A DNA stretch of 32,000 nt, from positions 240,001 through 272,000 of the forward strand of contig CAURWT010000001.1 in NCBI GenBank assembly GCA_963528875.1, in the 5' to 3' direction. The notes below the pieces were generated by a model. That model ran no database searches, was not told where the DNA came from, and worked only from the letters and a program-made list of their open reading frames with translations. This document shows positions 8,279 to 17,317 of this stretch, in pieces; positions within the stretch are counted from its first letter, which is position 1; each line of letters starts with the position of its first letter. The position numbers were made by a program, and so were the translations under genes. Source of the DNA: an uncultured Candidatus Saccharimonas sp. (lineage in GTDB: Bacteria > Patescibacteriota > Saccharimonadia > Saccharimonadales > Saccharimonadaceae).

Positions 8279-10543
8279 ATGGCTAAAAAACAAGTAAAAT
8301 CAACAAAAGGTAAATCTAAAAAAGTTTCAGCTCCAAAACAAAGTGTTTTGCCGGCTGGTTTTTGGGCGCAGGTTGGCGCAGTTATTTTGATTGCTTTTTC
8401 GCTTTTTCTTGTTTTAAGCTGGTTTGGTGCTGGCGGTTCAGCATTGGTTGCAATTCATAAAGCGCTTCTTGGGCTTATGGGCTGGGCAACTTTCTTTTTG
8501 CCAGCAGTTTTGATTTTTATTGCTGTTGAAATCTTTCGTGATGAACAAAATCGATTTCCAATTTTAAACACTTTTGGTTTAATTCTAATTTTAATTTGGC
8601 TAAGTGGATTTTTTGGTTTATTTAAAACTTCGGCTGGTGTTCATTATGGAGGTTGGAGCGGAGAAGTTTCGAATAAAATCATGCTAGCAATGGTTAATTC
8701 AATGGTGGCAGCAATTATTTATCTTTTGTTAATTTCAATTACGCTTCTTTCGATTCTAAGAGTTTCACCAATTGTAGTGATTAAAAAGATTGGCGAAATG
8801 CTTAAAACTAGCGATTTTGCAAATGAATCTAAAAATGCCAAGGTTTTCGAAAAAGCTAAAGAATCGATGTTGCTGAAAAAAGTTAACGATTCTGCTGAAG
8901 AAAAACCAGAAATTAAACTAAATGCTGGCGTTGCAGTATTAGATAAAAAATCACAAGAAAAAGATGAGCCAAAAGAGAAAAAAGGCTTGATGCGAATTTC
9001 AAAGAAGCTGGAAGGGGTTTCGAAAGAAGAAACCAAAAAACCAGAAAATACTGGGCATATTTTTGATGATTCAAAATGGAAGGCACCAGATTTTAGTTTA
9101 CTTGAGCAATCGCAAGCTCCTGCTGATGCTGGTGATGTTGAGCAAAATGCACGCACAATTAAAAATACTTTGAGTGAATTTAATATTGAAGTTGAAATGG
9201 AAGCCGCAAATATTGGCCCAAGAGTAACTCAATATACTTTAGTTCCGCAAAGTGGCGTTAAATTAAGCAGAATTGAAAATCTTAGTGATAACATCGCTCT
9301 AAATTTGGCGGCTGAAGCGATTCGCGTTGAAGCTCCAATTCCAGGAAAACGTGCAGTTGGTATTGAAATTCCAAATTTGAAGTCGGCCGATGTGCGGCTT
9401 TACGGTGTTTTAGATTCGAAGGAATGGAAAAACTCACACGACCCACTAACTTTTGCAATAGGTAAAGATATTTCTGGTCATCCGGTTGTTGGAAATTTGG
9501 CAAAAATGCCACATCTTTTGATTGCTGGTCAAACTGGTTCAGGAAAATCCGTAATGATGAACGCACTTTTAACGAGCTTGCTTTATCGCCATTCGCCAAG
9601 CGAATTGAAGTTAATTATGGTTGATCCAAAAGTTGTAGAAATGACTGCGTATGAAGATATTCCACACCTTTTAACGCCAATTATTAATGATTCCGAAAAA
9701 GCGCTCTCAGCTCTTCGCTGGGCGGTGAATGAAATGGAGCGGCGCTATCGTGTTTTAGCTGATGAAAAAATTAAAGAAATCAAGAGCTATAATAAGCATG
9801 TAATTTCGAAAAACGAAAAAATCAAGAAGAACACACCAGAAGGGGAAGAGCCAAAACTTCTTGAGCCTTTGCCATATATCGTAATTGTGGTTGATGAGCT
9901 CGCTGACTTGATGATGGCGGCTTCAAAAGATGTTGAAGCTATGATTGTGCGAATCGCTCAAAAAGCACGCGCAGTTGGAATTCATCTTGTTCTTGCAACT
10001 CAAAAACCAGTTGTTAGCGTTGTGACGGGCTTGATTAAAGGTAATGTTCCGAGTCGAATTGCTTTTAAGGTTGCGGCAAATGGTGATTCTCGAACGATTC
10101 TTGATCGTGGTGGTGCTGAAAAACTCCTTGGTTATGGTGATATGCTTTTCTATATGAATGGAGCTTCTAATTTGAAGCGTGTTCAGGGAGCTTGGGTGAC
10201 TGATGAGGAGGTTTTGCGAGTAACCAATTTTATCCGTTCGCAAGGTCCGCCACAATATAATGACGAAGTCATTTCGCAACCAGTTCAGACGCCAAGCTCA
10301 ATGGGCGGTATTGTGATGAATGGCGGTAGTTCTTCGGCTGATGAAACTTTCGAAACAGCTGTGAAAATTGTAATTGAAGCACGAAAAGCCTCAACTAGCT
10401 ATTTGCAACGTAGGCTCGGAATTGGTTATAGTCGTGCCGCAAAATTGATCGATGATATGGAAGATAAAGGAATTGTTGGTCCGCCAAATGGTTCAAAACC
10501 TCGTGAAGTTTTAGTTTCGAGCTATGAAGAAATCGGTGAATAA
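8279..10543 (+). CDS. ftsK: DNA translocase FtsK/SpoIIIE
   Basis: N-terminal TM segments and a K/E-rich linker. Walker A GQTGSGKS, IVVDELADLM, and a gamma-domain winged helix YLQRRLGIGYSRAAKLIDDMEDKGIVG. Start could be the TTG at 8273 instead. Confidence 0.93.
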   Translation: MAKKQVKSTKGKSKKVSAPKQSVLPAGFWAQVGAVILIAFSLFLVLSWFGAGGSALVAIHKALLGLMGWATFFLPAVLIFIAVEIFRDEQNRFPILNTFGLILILIWLSGFFGLFKTSAGVHYGGWSGEVSNKIMLAMVNSMVAAIIYLLLISITLLSILRVSPIVVIKKIGEMLKTSDFANESKNAKVFEKAKESMLLKKVNDSAEEKPEIKLNAGVAVLDKKSQEKDEPKEKKGLMRISKKLEGVSKEETKKPENTGHIFDDSKWKAPDFSLLEQSQAPADAGDVEQNARTIKNTLSEFNIEVEMEAANIGPRVTQYTLVPQSGVKLSRIENLSDNIALNLAAEAIRVEAPIPGKRAVGIEIPNLKSADVRLYGVLDSKEWKNSHDPLTFAIGKDISGHPVVGNLAKMPHLLIAGQTGSGKSVMMNALLTSLLYRHSPSELKLIMVDPKVVEMTAYEDIPHLLTPIINDSEKALSALRWAVNEMERRYRVLADEKIKEIKSYNKHVISKNEKIKKNTPEGEEPKLLEPLPYIVIVVDELADLMMAASKDVEAMIVRIAQKARAVGIHLVLATQKPVVSVVTGLIKGNVPSRIAFKVAANGDSRTILDRGGAEKLLGYGDMLFYMNGASNLKRVQGAWVTDEEVLRVTNFIRSQGPPQYNDEVISQPVQTPSSMGGIVMNGGSSSADETFETAVKIVIEARKASTSYLQRRLGIGYSRAAKLIDDMEDKGIVGPPNGSKPREVLVSSYEEIGE

Positions 10544-10560
10544 TTTGCCGATTTTTTTAT
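10531..10560 (+). terminator. Rho-independent terminator overlapping the ftsK stop
   Basis: AATCGG (10531-10536) pairs with CCGATT (10548-10553), followed by a T-run. Confidence 0.45.
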
Positions 10561-10633
10561 TTTCTAATAATATTTTAATAGATTCTTAAAATTAAAGAAA
10601 TATTGGAGTTTTATTGATTTTTTTCTCTAAAAA

Positions 10634-10642
10634 TGATATAAT
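10634..10642 (+). promoter_or_regulatory. Extended -10 promoter TGATATAAT for the rpsF operon, with a leader of about 50 nt
   Basis: TGaTATAAT at 10634-10642. SD AGGAG at 10691-10695 and ATG at 10701. Confidence 0.5.
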
Positions 10643-10700
10643 TTAAAAGAATATTAGCTCAGCTTATTTGAAAGAATAGGCTTTAACCAAAGGAGTAAAA

Positions 10701-11012
10701 ATGAAGGATTACGAACTTACAGTTCTTGCTCATCCAGACTTCGAAAGCGACCTTGAAAAAGTACTTGATAAGGTTCGAAGTTTGATTACTGCTAACGGCG
10801 GTGAAATCGCAAAAGAAGACAACTGGGGCAAGAAAAAACTTGCTTACGCTATCAAAGGTCAGGATTTTGCAATTTATGTTGCAATGGATGTTAAACTTCC
10901 AGCTGCTGCACCTCTAAAAATCAGTAACACTTTGAACATTACCGACGAAGTTTTGCGATATCTGCTTGTTAAAGCAGAAGCACGACCAGTTGTAGAATCA
11001 GAAGAAAAATAA
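10701..11012 (+). CDS. rpsF: 30S ribosomal protein S6
   Basis: MKDYELTVLAHPD N-terminus. Sits in the conserved rpsF-ssb-rpsR arrangement. Confidence 0.93.
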   Translation: MKDYELTVLAHPDFESDLEKVLDKVRSLITANGGEIAKEDNWGKKKLAYAIKGQDFAIYVAMDVKLPAAAPLKISNTLNITDEVLRYLLVKAEARPVVESEEK

Positions 11013-11039
11013 TTTAAGAATATAGGATAGAAGATAGTT

Positions 11040-11471
11040 ATGGCTTTTAACAAAGTAATTTTGATGGGAAACTTAACTGCAGACCCAGAACTTCGAACAA
11101 CTCCAAACGGCCAAAATCTTGCAAGTTTCACTCTTGCTATCAACCGAACTTGGAATAGTACTAACGGTGAACGCCAAGAAGAAACCAGCTTCATTAACTG
11201 CACCGCTTGGGGTAAAACTGGCGAAACAATTTCGAAATATGTATCGAAAGGTCGCCAACTACTTGTGAGCGGTCGTTTACAACAACGAACTTGGCAAGAT
11301 AAAGATACTGGCAAAAACCGAAGCGCAATTGATGTTGTAGTTGAAGAATTTAGCTTTGTGAGTGACGGAAATCGCAGTGGAAGCGCACCTTCAGTACAAA
11401 AAAATGAAGAGCCAACTATCGGCGATGACTTTTCAGATGAACCAATCGACCTATCCGATATTCCATTCTAA
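11040..11471 (+). CDS. ssb: Single-stranded DNA-binding protein
   Basis: OB fold beginning NKVILMGNLTADPELR. Acidic C-terminal tail ending DLSDIPF. Confidence 0.95.
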   Translation: MAFNKVILMGNLTADPELRTTPNGQNLASFTLAINRTWNSTNGERQEETSFINCTAWGKTGETISKYVSKGRQLLVSGRLQQRTWQDKDTGKNRSAIDVVVEEFSFVSDGNRSGSAPSVQKNEEPTIGDDFSDEPIDLSDIPF

Positions 11472-11488
11472 TTTAATTAAGGAGTAAA

Positions 11489-11689
11489 ATGGCTAAACGA
11501 TTTAAACGAGAAATCCCAGCGTATTTTGATTACCGAGATGTTAAAACTTTGCAAAAATTTGTTAACATTTATGGTCAAATTGAGCCAGCTACAAAAACTG
11601 GTTTGAGCGCTAAACAACAACGACAATTGACAGTTGCTATCAAACGAGCTCGTCATTTGGCGTTGCTAGCATTCGTAACAAATGCTTAA
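11489..11689 (+). CDS. rpsR: 30S ribosomal protein S18
   Basis: 66 aa. Contains [14 protein letters not shown] and [18 protein letters not shown] upstream. Confidence 0.93.
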   Translation: MAKRFKREIPAYFDYRDVKTLQKFVNIYGQIEPATKTGLSAKQQRQLTVAIKRARHLALLAFVTNA

Positions 11690-11699
11690 TTGATTTTCG

Positions 11700-11740
11700 A
11701 ATCTTCCTTGCTCAAAACTGGGTAGGGAAGATTTATTTTT
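11700..11740 (+). terminator. Rho-independent terminator after rpsR
   Basis: AATCTTCCTT (11700-11709) pairs with AGGGAAGATT (11724-11733), with one G-U pair. 14-nt loop, then TATTTTT. Confidence 0.5.
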
Positions 11741-11760
11741 AAAATAATTTAAGGAGGAAA

Positions 11761-12321
11761 ATGTATCAGCCAACTGATTTAAAAAAAGGTGTAGTTTTTC
11801 AGCTTGATGGTCAGCCATATCGAGTGGTTGAATATAACCAAAAAGTTGTTGGTCGCGGTGGAAGCATCGTAAGTTTAAAAATTAAGAACCTTATTACAGG
11901 AGCTTTATTGCCAAAAACTTTTAAGGGCCAAGATAAAGTTGAACCGGCAGAGGTTTCGAATAAAAAAGTTCAATATCTCTATAATGACGGTGAAGATTTT
12001 CATTTTATGGATCCAGAGACTTTTGAGCAATTTCAACTTTCGAAGGAAATTATTGATGAAGCTGCTGGATATTTAAAAGAAGCAGAAGAATTGAATTTGC
12101 AATTTTTTGATGGTAAGGTTATCAATGTTGAGTTACCGAAAAATGTTTGGTTGAAAGTTGTTTATACTGAAAATGTGGTAAAGGGTGATACAACTTCAAG
12201 CGTTTTGAAAGATGCTGAACTTGAAACTGGAATTACAGTTAAAGTACCTGCCTTTATTAAGGAAAATGATGTTATCTCTGTTGATACTTCAACTGGTGAA
12301 TATCGAGAACGCCAAAAATAA
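11761..12321 (+). CDS. efp: Elongation factor P, with Arg at the loop tip
   Basis: 186 aa. Contains LDGQPYRVVEY and YLYNDGEDFHFMDPETFEQ. SD AAGGAGG upstream. Confidence 0.93.
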   Translation: MYQPTDLKKGVVFQLDGQPYRVVEYNQKVVGRGGSIVSLKIKNLITGALLPKTFKGQDKVEPAEVSNKKVQYLYNDGEDFHFMDPETFEQFQLSKEIIDEAAGYLKEAEELNLQFFDGKVINVELPKNVWLKVVYTENVVKGDTTSSVLKDAELETGITVKVPAFIKENDVISVDTSTGEYRERQK

Positions 12322-12340
12322 TTAAGGTTATTGTTAAGAG

Positions 12341-12376
12341 ATAAGCTGAGATTTTAATAATCAGCTTATTTTTATT
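12341..12376 (+). terminator. Rho-independent terminator after efp
   Basis: ATAAGCTGA (12341-12349) pairs with TCAGCTTAT (12361-12369). 11-nt loop, then TTTTTATT. Confidence 0.6.
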
Positions 12377-12425
12377 GTATAAAAAAATTGAACAATAAGC
12401 TTGTATGTATTTTTAAGATAAAATG

Positions 12426-12434
12426 TGGTATAAT
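12426..12434 (+). promoter_or_regulatory. Extended -10 promoter TGGTATAAT; tlyA GTG 7 nt downstream (leaderless-type)
   Basis: TGgTATAAT at 12426-12434 and in-frame GTG at 12442. Confidence 0.5.
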
Positions 12435-12441
12435 ATACAAT

Positions 12442-13164
12442 GTGAAAGCTAGACTAGATATTTTATTAACTCAAAGAAAGATAGTTGATAGCCGTTCTCA
12501 GGCTGAGAGCTATATTAAATTGGGTAAAGTTTTTGTTGATGGCGTAAAAAGGACTAAGCCTGGATTTTTTACTAATATTGATTCGGAGATAAAGCTCCTT
12601 CAAGAGGTTCAATATGTTTCAAGAGCGGGTCTCAAGCTTGAAAGTGTTGCAAAAATAATGAAAATTAATTTTAAAGATAAAGTTGTCTTAGATGTTGGTT
12701 CAAGCACTGGTGGATTTACGGATTATTCATTGAGGAATGGTGCAAAAAAAGTTATTGCTGTCGATGTTGGCACAAACCAGCTTCATCCAAAGTTAAGAGT
12801 GAATAAAAAAGTTGAACTTTATGAAAAAACAGATATAAGAGATTTTAACACGAGTCAAAAAATTGATTTAGCTGTTATTGATGTTAGTTTCATATCTATA
12901 AAAGAAATTTTACCAAGTGTTACAAAATTATCTAATAAAGACACACTAATAATTGCAATGGTTAAGCCGCAATTTGAAGCAGGTAGAAATGGAACTAATA
13001 ACGGTGTTGTTAAAAATAATTCATACCGAAGAAAAATACTTCAAGAATTCGAAAATTGGTGTCGTATAAATAATTTATACATAAAAAATAAAAGAGACAG
13101 TGGAATAAAAGGATCTAAGGGTAATCAAGAGAGATTCTATATTCTGAAAGTATTGAATAAATAA
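12442..13164 (+). CDS. tlyA: TlyA-family rRNA 2'-O-methyltransferase (S4 domain plus FtsJ-like domain)
   Basis: Start moved from 12388 to the GTG at 12442, giving MKARLDILLTQRKIVDSRSQAESYIKLGKVFVDG (S4 domain). SAM motif VLDVGSSTGGFTD. Codon usage is atypical (AGA and ATA rich). Confidence 0.85.
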   Translation: MKARLDILLTQRKIVDSRSQAESYIKLGKVFVDGVKRTKPGFFTNIDSEIKLLQEVQYVSRAGLKLESVAKIMKINFKDKVVLDVGSSTGGFTDYSLRNGAKKVIAVDVGTNQLHPKLRVNKKVELYEKTDIRDFNTSQKIDLAVIDVSFISIKEILPSVTKLSNKDTLIIAMVKPQFEAGRNGTNNGVVKNNSYRRKILQEFENWCRINNLYIKNKRDSGIKGSKGNQERFYILKVLNK

Positions 13165-13177
13165 TTTATACAAAATA

Positions 13178-13207
13178 AAAAACCGCAAAACATTGTATAC
13201 GGTTTTT
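13178..13207. terminator. Putative bidirectional terminator between convergent tlyA and ychF
   Basis: AAAAACCG (13178-13185) pairs with CGGTTTTT (13200-13207). A/T runs on both sides. The stem is weak. Confidence 0.35.
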
Positions 13208-13213
13208 ATTATC

Positions 13214-14290
13214 TTAAACGTTAAACCTAAATTCAACAACATCATTTGATGACATAATATATTCTTTACCTTCAGTTCGAATTTTTCCACGATTCTTTGC
13301 TCCAAGCTCACTGCCAGCTTCAATTAAATCATTAAAGTCAATAACTTGTGCAGCAATAAAACCCCTTTCGAAATCTGTATGAATTACTCCTGCAGCTTGT
13401 GGAGCTGTCCATCCTTTCTTGATCGTCCAGGCATGAACTTCTTTTGGTCCTGCTGTCATATAACTTTGTAGCCCAAGCGTGTCGTAGGCGACATGGATCA
13501 TCTGTTTTAAGCCAGTTTCTTTAACTCCGTAGCTTTCGAGTAAATCTTTTGAATCTTCCTCGCTTAGGCCTTTTAGCTCTTCCTCTAGCTTGGCGCATAC
13601 GAATATTGACTTTGCAGGCAGAACCATTTTTGAAAGTTCTTCTTTTTTAGCTCCATCGGTTAAAGTATTTTCATCAACATTGAACGCATAAATTACAGGT
13701 TTTGCAGTTAGTAAATGTAAATCTTGAATTGCTTCGTAATCTAAATCTTCTATTGAAGAGAGAAGAACTCCAGCTTGAAGTTGTTCAACTAATTTGTTCA
13801 AGTATTCAGCTTGTTTTCGAAGAGCTGGTTTTGCCTTTGCTTCTTTTTGGAGTTTGGGCAAGCGGTTTTCGATAGTTTGAATATCTGCTAAAATCAACTC
13901 AGTATTAATAACCTCAATGTCATTTTTTGGATTGACTTCGTTCGAAACATGAACAATATCATTGTTCACGAAAGCTCGAACAATATGAACAATTGCGTCA
14001 CATTGGCGAATATTTGCGAGAAATTTATTACCTAAACCTTCACCTTTCGAAGCTCCCGCAACTAGCCCGGCAATATCAACAAAAGTTACTGTTGCTGGAA
14101 TAATTTTTTGTGATCCATAAATTTCAGCTAATTTATTTAAGCGTGAATCTGGCACTGGCACAATTCCAGTATTTGGCTCAATTGTTGCAAAAGGGTAATT
14201 TGCTGCTAAAATATCATTATTAGTCAGTGCGTTAAACAGTGTTGATTTACCAACATTTGGTAGTCCAACAATTCCAATTGATAAACTCAT
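13214..14290 (-). CDS. ychF: Ribosome-binding ATPase YchF
   Basis: [19 protein letters not shown]-loop and C-terminal TGS-like [15 protein letters not shown] 7 nt upstream of the ATG. Confidence 0.95.
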   Translation of the reverse strand: MSLSIGIVGLPNVGKSTLFNALTNNDILAANYPFATIEPNTGIVPVPDSRLNKLAEIYGSQKIIPATVTFVDIAGLVAGASKGEGLGNKFLANIRQCDAIVHIVRAFVNNDIVHVSNEVNPKNDIEVINTELILADIQTIENRLPKLQKEAKAKPALRKQAEYLNKLVEQLQAGVLLSSIEDLDYEAIQDLHLLTAKPVIYAFNVDENTLTDGAKKEELSKMVLPAKSIFVCAKLEEELKGLSEEDSKDLLESYGVKETGLKQMIHVAYDTLGLQSYMTAGPKEVHAWTIKKGWTAPQAAGVIHTDFERGFIAAQVIDFNDLIEAGSELGAKNRGKIRTEGKEYIMSSNDVVEFRFNV

Positions 14291-14354
14291 AAAATCTCCT
14301 TTTAATGTCTTTTTATTTTAACATAAAAGTTTGTAAAATAAAAATAAAAAAGCT

Positions 14355-14383
14355 TGATTTTTCAATTACGTTTATGTTAAAAT
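14355..14383 (+). promoter_or_regulatory. Promoter of the type IV pilus operon: -35 TTGATT, 17-nt spacer, extended -10 TGTTAAAAT
   Basis: TTGATT at 14355-14360 and TGtTAAAAT at 14375-14383. pilM ATG at 14390 is 6 nt downstream. No SD. Confidence 0.6.
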
Positions 14384-14389
14384 ATAGGC

Positions 14390-15439
14390 ATGATTAATAT
14401 TAAAGGTGTGGGCGATTTCTTCTCGTTAGATATTGGAACAAATGCGATTCGTGCTGTCCAGCTTTCGAAAGCTGGAGAGAATTCTTGGAATTTGGTTGGC
14501 CTCGGTTATACACCAGTCGACCCTCAATTGGTTTTGAGTAATTCGGATGAAAGCCGTCGTCGTTTGGGAGAAATTATCTCAACAATGATCGGGCAGAGCG
14601 ATATTAAAACAAAAAATGTAGCGATTAGTCTTACGTCCCAGAAGACATTCACGACAATTTTCGAAGTACCAAAACAGGATATGAGAGAATTACAAAAAAA
14701 CATAAAATATCAAGTTGATCAGTATATTCCAATGGCGGTTGATGACGCCCAAGTCGATTGGGCTCTTCTTGGAGAATCTCCTTCTAACTCTGATTCATTA
14801 GAGATTTTACTTGCAAGTACAGCCAAAAATTATAGTGAAGAGAAAATGGAATTTATTGAAGGTCTAGGCTTAAATGTAGTCGCAAGTGAACCCGATTCTT
14901 TAGCAATGACTCGTGCTTTGTTTGTGTCTAGTAAATCTGATCAGGCTCAGCTAATTATTGATATGGGTGAGCTTTCTACTGATTTATCTATTGTATATCA
15001 AGGTGTTCCAAGGCTTGTTCGTACAATCCCTACCGGAATATCAAGTTTGGTGAAATCTGCTACTCAAAATTTGAATATTAAAGAAGACCAAGCTCGACAA
15101 TTTATTATGAAATTTGGTTTAGCTCAAGATAAATTAGAGGGTCAAGTTTTTAGAGCTATCGAAATGACTCTTGAGAATTTCGTTCAAGAAATTGCTAAAT
15201 CAATAAAATTTTTAGGAACAAAATACCAAAATGCTCAAGTTGGGGTAATTTCACTTTCAGGATTTTCTGGAATTATTCCACAAATGCCAGAATATGTTTC
15301 TTCAAAAACTGGAATTCAGTCTTATTCCGCAAATCCTTTTCAAAATGTTAATGTCCCCACAAAATATCAACAGCAGATTGCGAGCGTTGGAAATGAATTT
15401 GCGGTTGCTGTCGGTTTAGCCAAAAGGAGTAACAAATAA
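14390..15439 (+). CDS. pilM: Type IV pilus assembly protein PilM (actin-like ATPase fold)
   Basis: FSLDIGTNAIRAVQL N-terminus, 349 aa. Followed directly by a PilN with the INLLP motif. Confidence 0.85.
   Translation: MINIKGVGDFFSLDIGTNAIRAVQLSKAGENSWNLVGLGYTPVDPQLVLSNSDESRRRLGEIISTMIGQSDIKTKNVAISLTSQKTFTTIFEVPKQDMRELQKNIKYQVDQYIPMAVDDAQVDWALLGESPSNSDSLEILLASTAKNYSEEKMEFIEGLGLNVVASEPDSLAMTRALFVSSKSDQAQLIIDMGELSTDLSIVYQGVPRLVRTIPTGISSLVKSATQNLNIKEDQARQFIMKFGLAQDKLEGQVFRAIEMTLENFVQEIAKSIKFLGTKYQNAQVGVISLSGFSGIIPQMPEYVSSKTGIQSYSANPFQNVNVPTKYQQQIASVGNEFAVAVGLAKRSNK
14457..14476. repeat. Perfect 20-bp palindrome TCCAGCTTTCGAAAGCTGGA centred on TTTCGAAA, inside pilM
   Basis: Read directly. Each half is the reverse complement of the other, centred between 14466 and 14467. 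Confidence 0.95.
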
Positions 15440-16206
15440 TGATTGAAATTAATCTTTTGCCGGATGTTAAACGCGATCTTATTAAAGCTCAGCAACTTCG
15501 AAATATAGTTACTTTTATATCTATAATTATTGGTGGTGCGATGCTTGCGGGAGTAGTTTTATTATTCTTGACAACTCAAGGTCAGCAATTTGTTATGGGC
15601 TTAAAAACCAATGATATCTCAAACAAATTTGCTGAGATACAAAAAATTAAAGATGGAGAAACGGCGGCTACTCTTCGAAATCAGCTTAATGCAATTCAAA
15701 AAATTAGAAATGCTTCGCCAGATACCTCACGATTGATTGGAACAATTCTACCAGCAATTCAGACTACTGGTGAAAACTCTGTTCAGTTTTCTGCAGTGAA
15801 TTACGACCCCGAAACTCGAATCGTTTCAATTGAAGGTCAAGCAGGCAATGGTTTCCCAGCCCTTGAAGCTTTTATTAAAACAATTAAATATTCGCAAATT
15901 ATTTATGATGGTGAAGGCTCTCAATGTAAGGCTAGTGAAGTTGAGAAAGACTCTAATATTTGCATGCTTGCTGATGAAGGATCGGTTGTTCGAAACGAAA
16001 GCTCGCTTGGAGCTAATGAACAAGGTCAAAATGTTTTGCGTTTCGCTGTTAGCTTTAAATTGAATGAAGCAGCTTTGAAATTTTCTTCGAAAAACTTTGC
16101 TGTAAAAGCTCTTGGTCGAAAGAATGTAACAGACTCAACTATTCAGGTTCCTGCTGGAATTTTTACTCAAAATTCAAAAAAAGATTCTGAAAAGGAGAAT
16201 AAATAA
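15439..16206 (+). CDS. pilN: Type IV pilus assembly protein PilN, with a C-terminal extension
   Basis: MIEINLLPDVKRD (the PilM-binding INLLP motif), one TM, 255 aa. TAATG overlap with pilM. Confidence 0.8.
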   Translation: MIEINLLPDVKRDLIKAQQLRNIVTFISIIIGGAMLAGVVLLFLTTQGQQFVMGLKTNDISNKFAEIQKIKDGETAATLRNQLNAIQKIRNASPDTSRLIGTILPAIQTTGENSVQFSAVNYDPETRIVSIEGQAGNGFPALEAFIKTIKYSQIIYDGEGSQCKASEVEKDSNICMLADEGSVVRNESSLGANEQGQNVLRFAVSFKLNEAALKFSSKNFAVKALGRKNVTDSTIQVPAGIFTQNSKKDSEKENK

Positions 16207-17072
16207 TGGGTGAAAATAAAGAAGTAGCTTTTTTGAAGCGGAATGCCATTAATAAGGCTAACCAAATAATGTTTTTGGCGGTTGCAGGTGCTGCTTTAAT
16301 TGCTGGCGCATCTGTTGTTGGAATGATCTATCTTTTTAGGATTTTTACATTTAATGCTAAAGTTCTTGGCGAACAAGATAAAAGTATCTCAACAATTCAA
16401 AAAAATATCCAAAATATTGAAGATTTAAAGAGTAAGTTAAGCTCATTAGAGACCGATCCGAATCTTAATGAACGAAAATTGAAATCTAACGCCGAAGATG
16501 GCGGTTTGCGTGTTATTGCTGATGCCTTGCCTGATAGTGAGAATGCTGCCGCTCTTGCAGCTAGCCTTGAAAAGAATATTTTTTCTGAAGGCGTAACTCT
16601 TGATTCATTTAGTATTGATTCTGCTGATTCTGCAAACAAAAGTCTTTCAGGATCAAGCTCGGCATCAAATTCTTCTAGTTCATCAGCAACTAGCGGTGCT
16701 CAAGATTTAAATAAAATCCCAGAAAGTGTGAAAGATATTCAATTTTCAGCAACAATTTCTGCAGGTTTTCAGGGTGAAGGCTCAAAATCAGCACAAGTCG
16801 CTAAATCTCAAGATGAAGCACTTAATAATCTAGTTAACACTGTTCGAAAGATGGAAAGATCAATTCGAGCAATAAATATTACGAGTTTTAAATTCGAGCG
16901 TTCGCTTAACAGATTTAGTCTTAACTTTTCTGCAAAAGCCTACTATTATCCTAAATATACAATGAAGCTTGAAAGCAAGAAAGTTAAAGCAGACGAAACT
17001 GCAAAACCAGCAACTTCTACAACTGGAACTGGTAAAACTCAAAACTCAAGCACTACAGGAGGATCAAAATAA
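16206..17072 (+). CDS. PilO-like pilus assembly membrane protein with Ser/Thr-rich tracts
   Basis: Position after pilN, one TM (FLAVAGAALIAGASVVGMIYLF), coiled region. Low-complexity SSSASNSSSSSATSG. TAATG coupling. Confidence 0.5.
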   Translation: MGENKEVAFLKRNAINKANQIMFLAVAGAALIAGASVVGMIYLFRIFTFNAKVLGEQDKSISTIQKNIQNIEDLKSKLSSLETDPNLNERKLKSNAEDGGLRVIADALPDSENAAALAASLEKNIFSEGVTLDSFSIDSADSANKSLSGSSSASNSSSSSATSGAQDLNKIPESVKDIQFSATISAGFQGEGSKSAQVAKSQDEALNNLVNTVRKMERSIRAINITSFKFERSLNRFSLNFSAKAYYYPKYTMKLESKKVKADETAKPATSTTGTGKTQNSSTTGGSK

Positions 17073-17290
17073 TGAAAAAAACTGATATTGCGATGATTAT
17101 TTTGATTGCGGGTTTTAGCGTTTTAATTTCATATTTAGTTATTAACTCTTTAGCTCAGGGTGGGTTTTCTGAACAGACTTATGAAGTTAAGACTACTGAA
17201 CCAATTTCGAACGAATATGTAAAACCAAGTAGTGAAATTTTTAATAAGGATGCTATTAATCCAACAGTTCAAGTTAATATTGGACAATAA
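17072..17290 (+). CDS. Small single-pass membrane protein in the pilus operon
   Basis: 72 aa with TM IAMIILIAGFSVLISYLVI. TAATG coupling to the previous gene. Confidence 0.5.
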   Translation: MKKTDIAMIILIAGFSVLISYLVINSLAQGGFSEQTYEVKTTEPISNEYVKPSSEIFNKDAINPTVQVNIGQ

Positions 17291-17317
17291 ATATTAAATA
17301 ATTCAAAAAGGAATGTA

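Noticed and set aside
8719-9156. 145-aa minus-strand ORF inside ftsK
   Set aside because: It is antisense to the K/E-rich FtsK linker and is a compositional artefact.
10874-11314. 146-aa minus-strand ORF overlapping rpsF and ssb
   Set aside because: It is antisense to two unmistakable conserved genes and has no independent signals.
12388-12441. Upstream TTG start for tlyA, and similarly 1498 for the Q/N protein and 26746 for the PpiC-like protein
   Set aside because: The upstream extensions run through promoter or terminator sequence or through the preceding gene. The downstream starts (12442, 1558, 26818) sit at the correct distance from a -10 element or an SD and give canonical N-termini.
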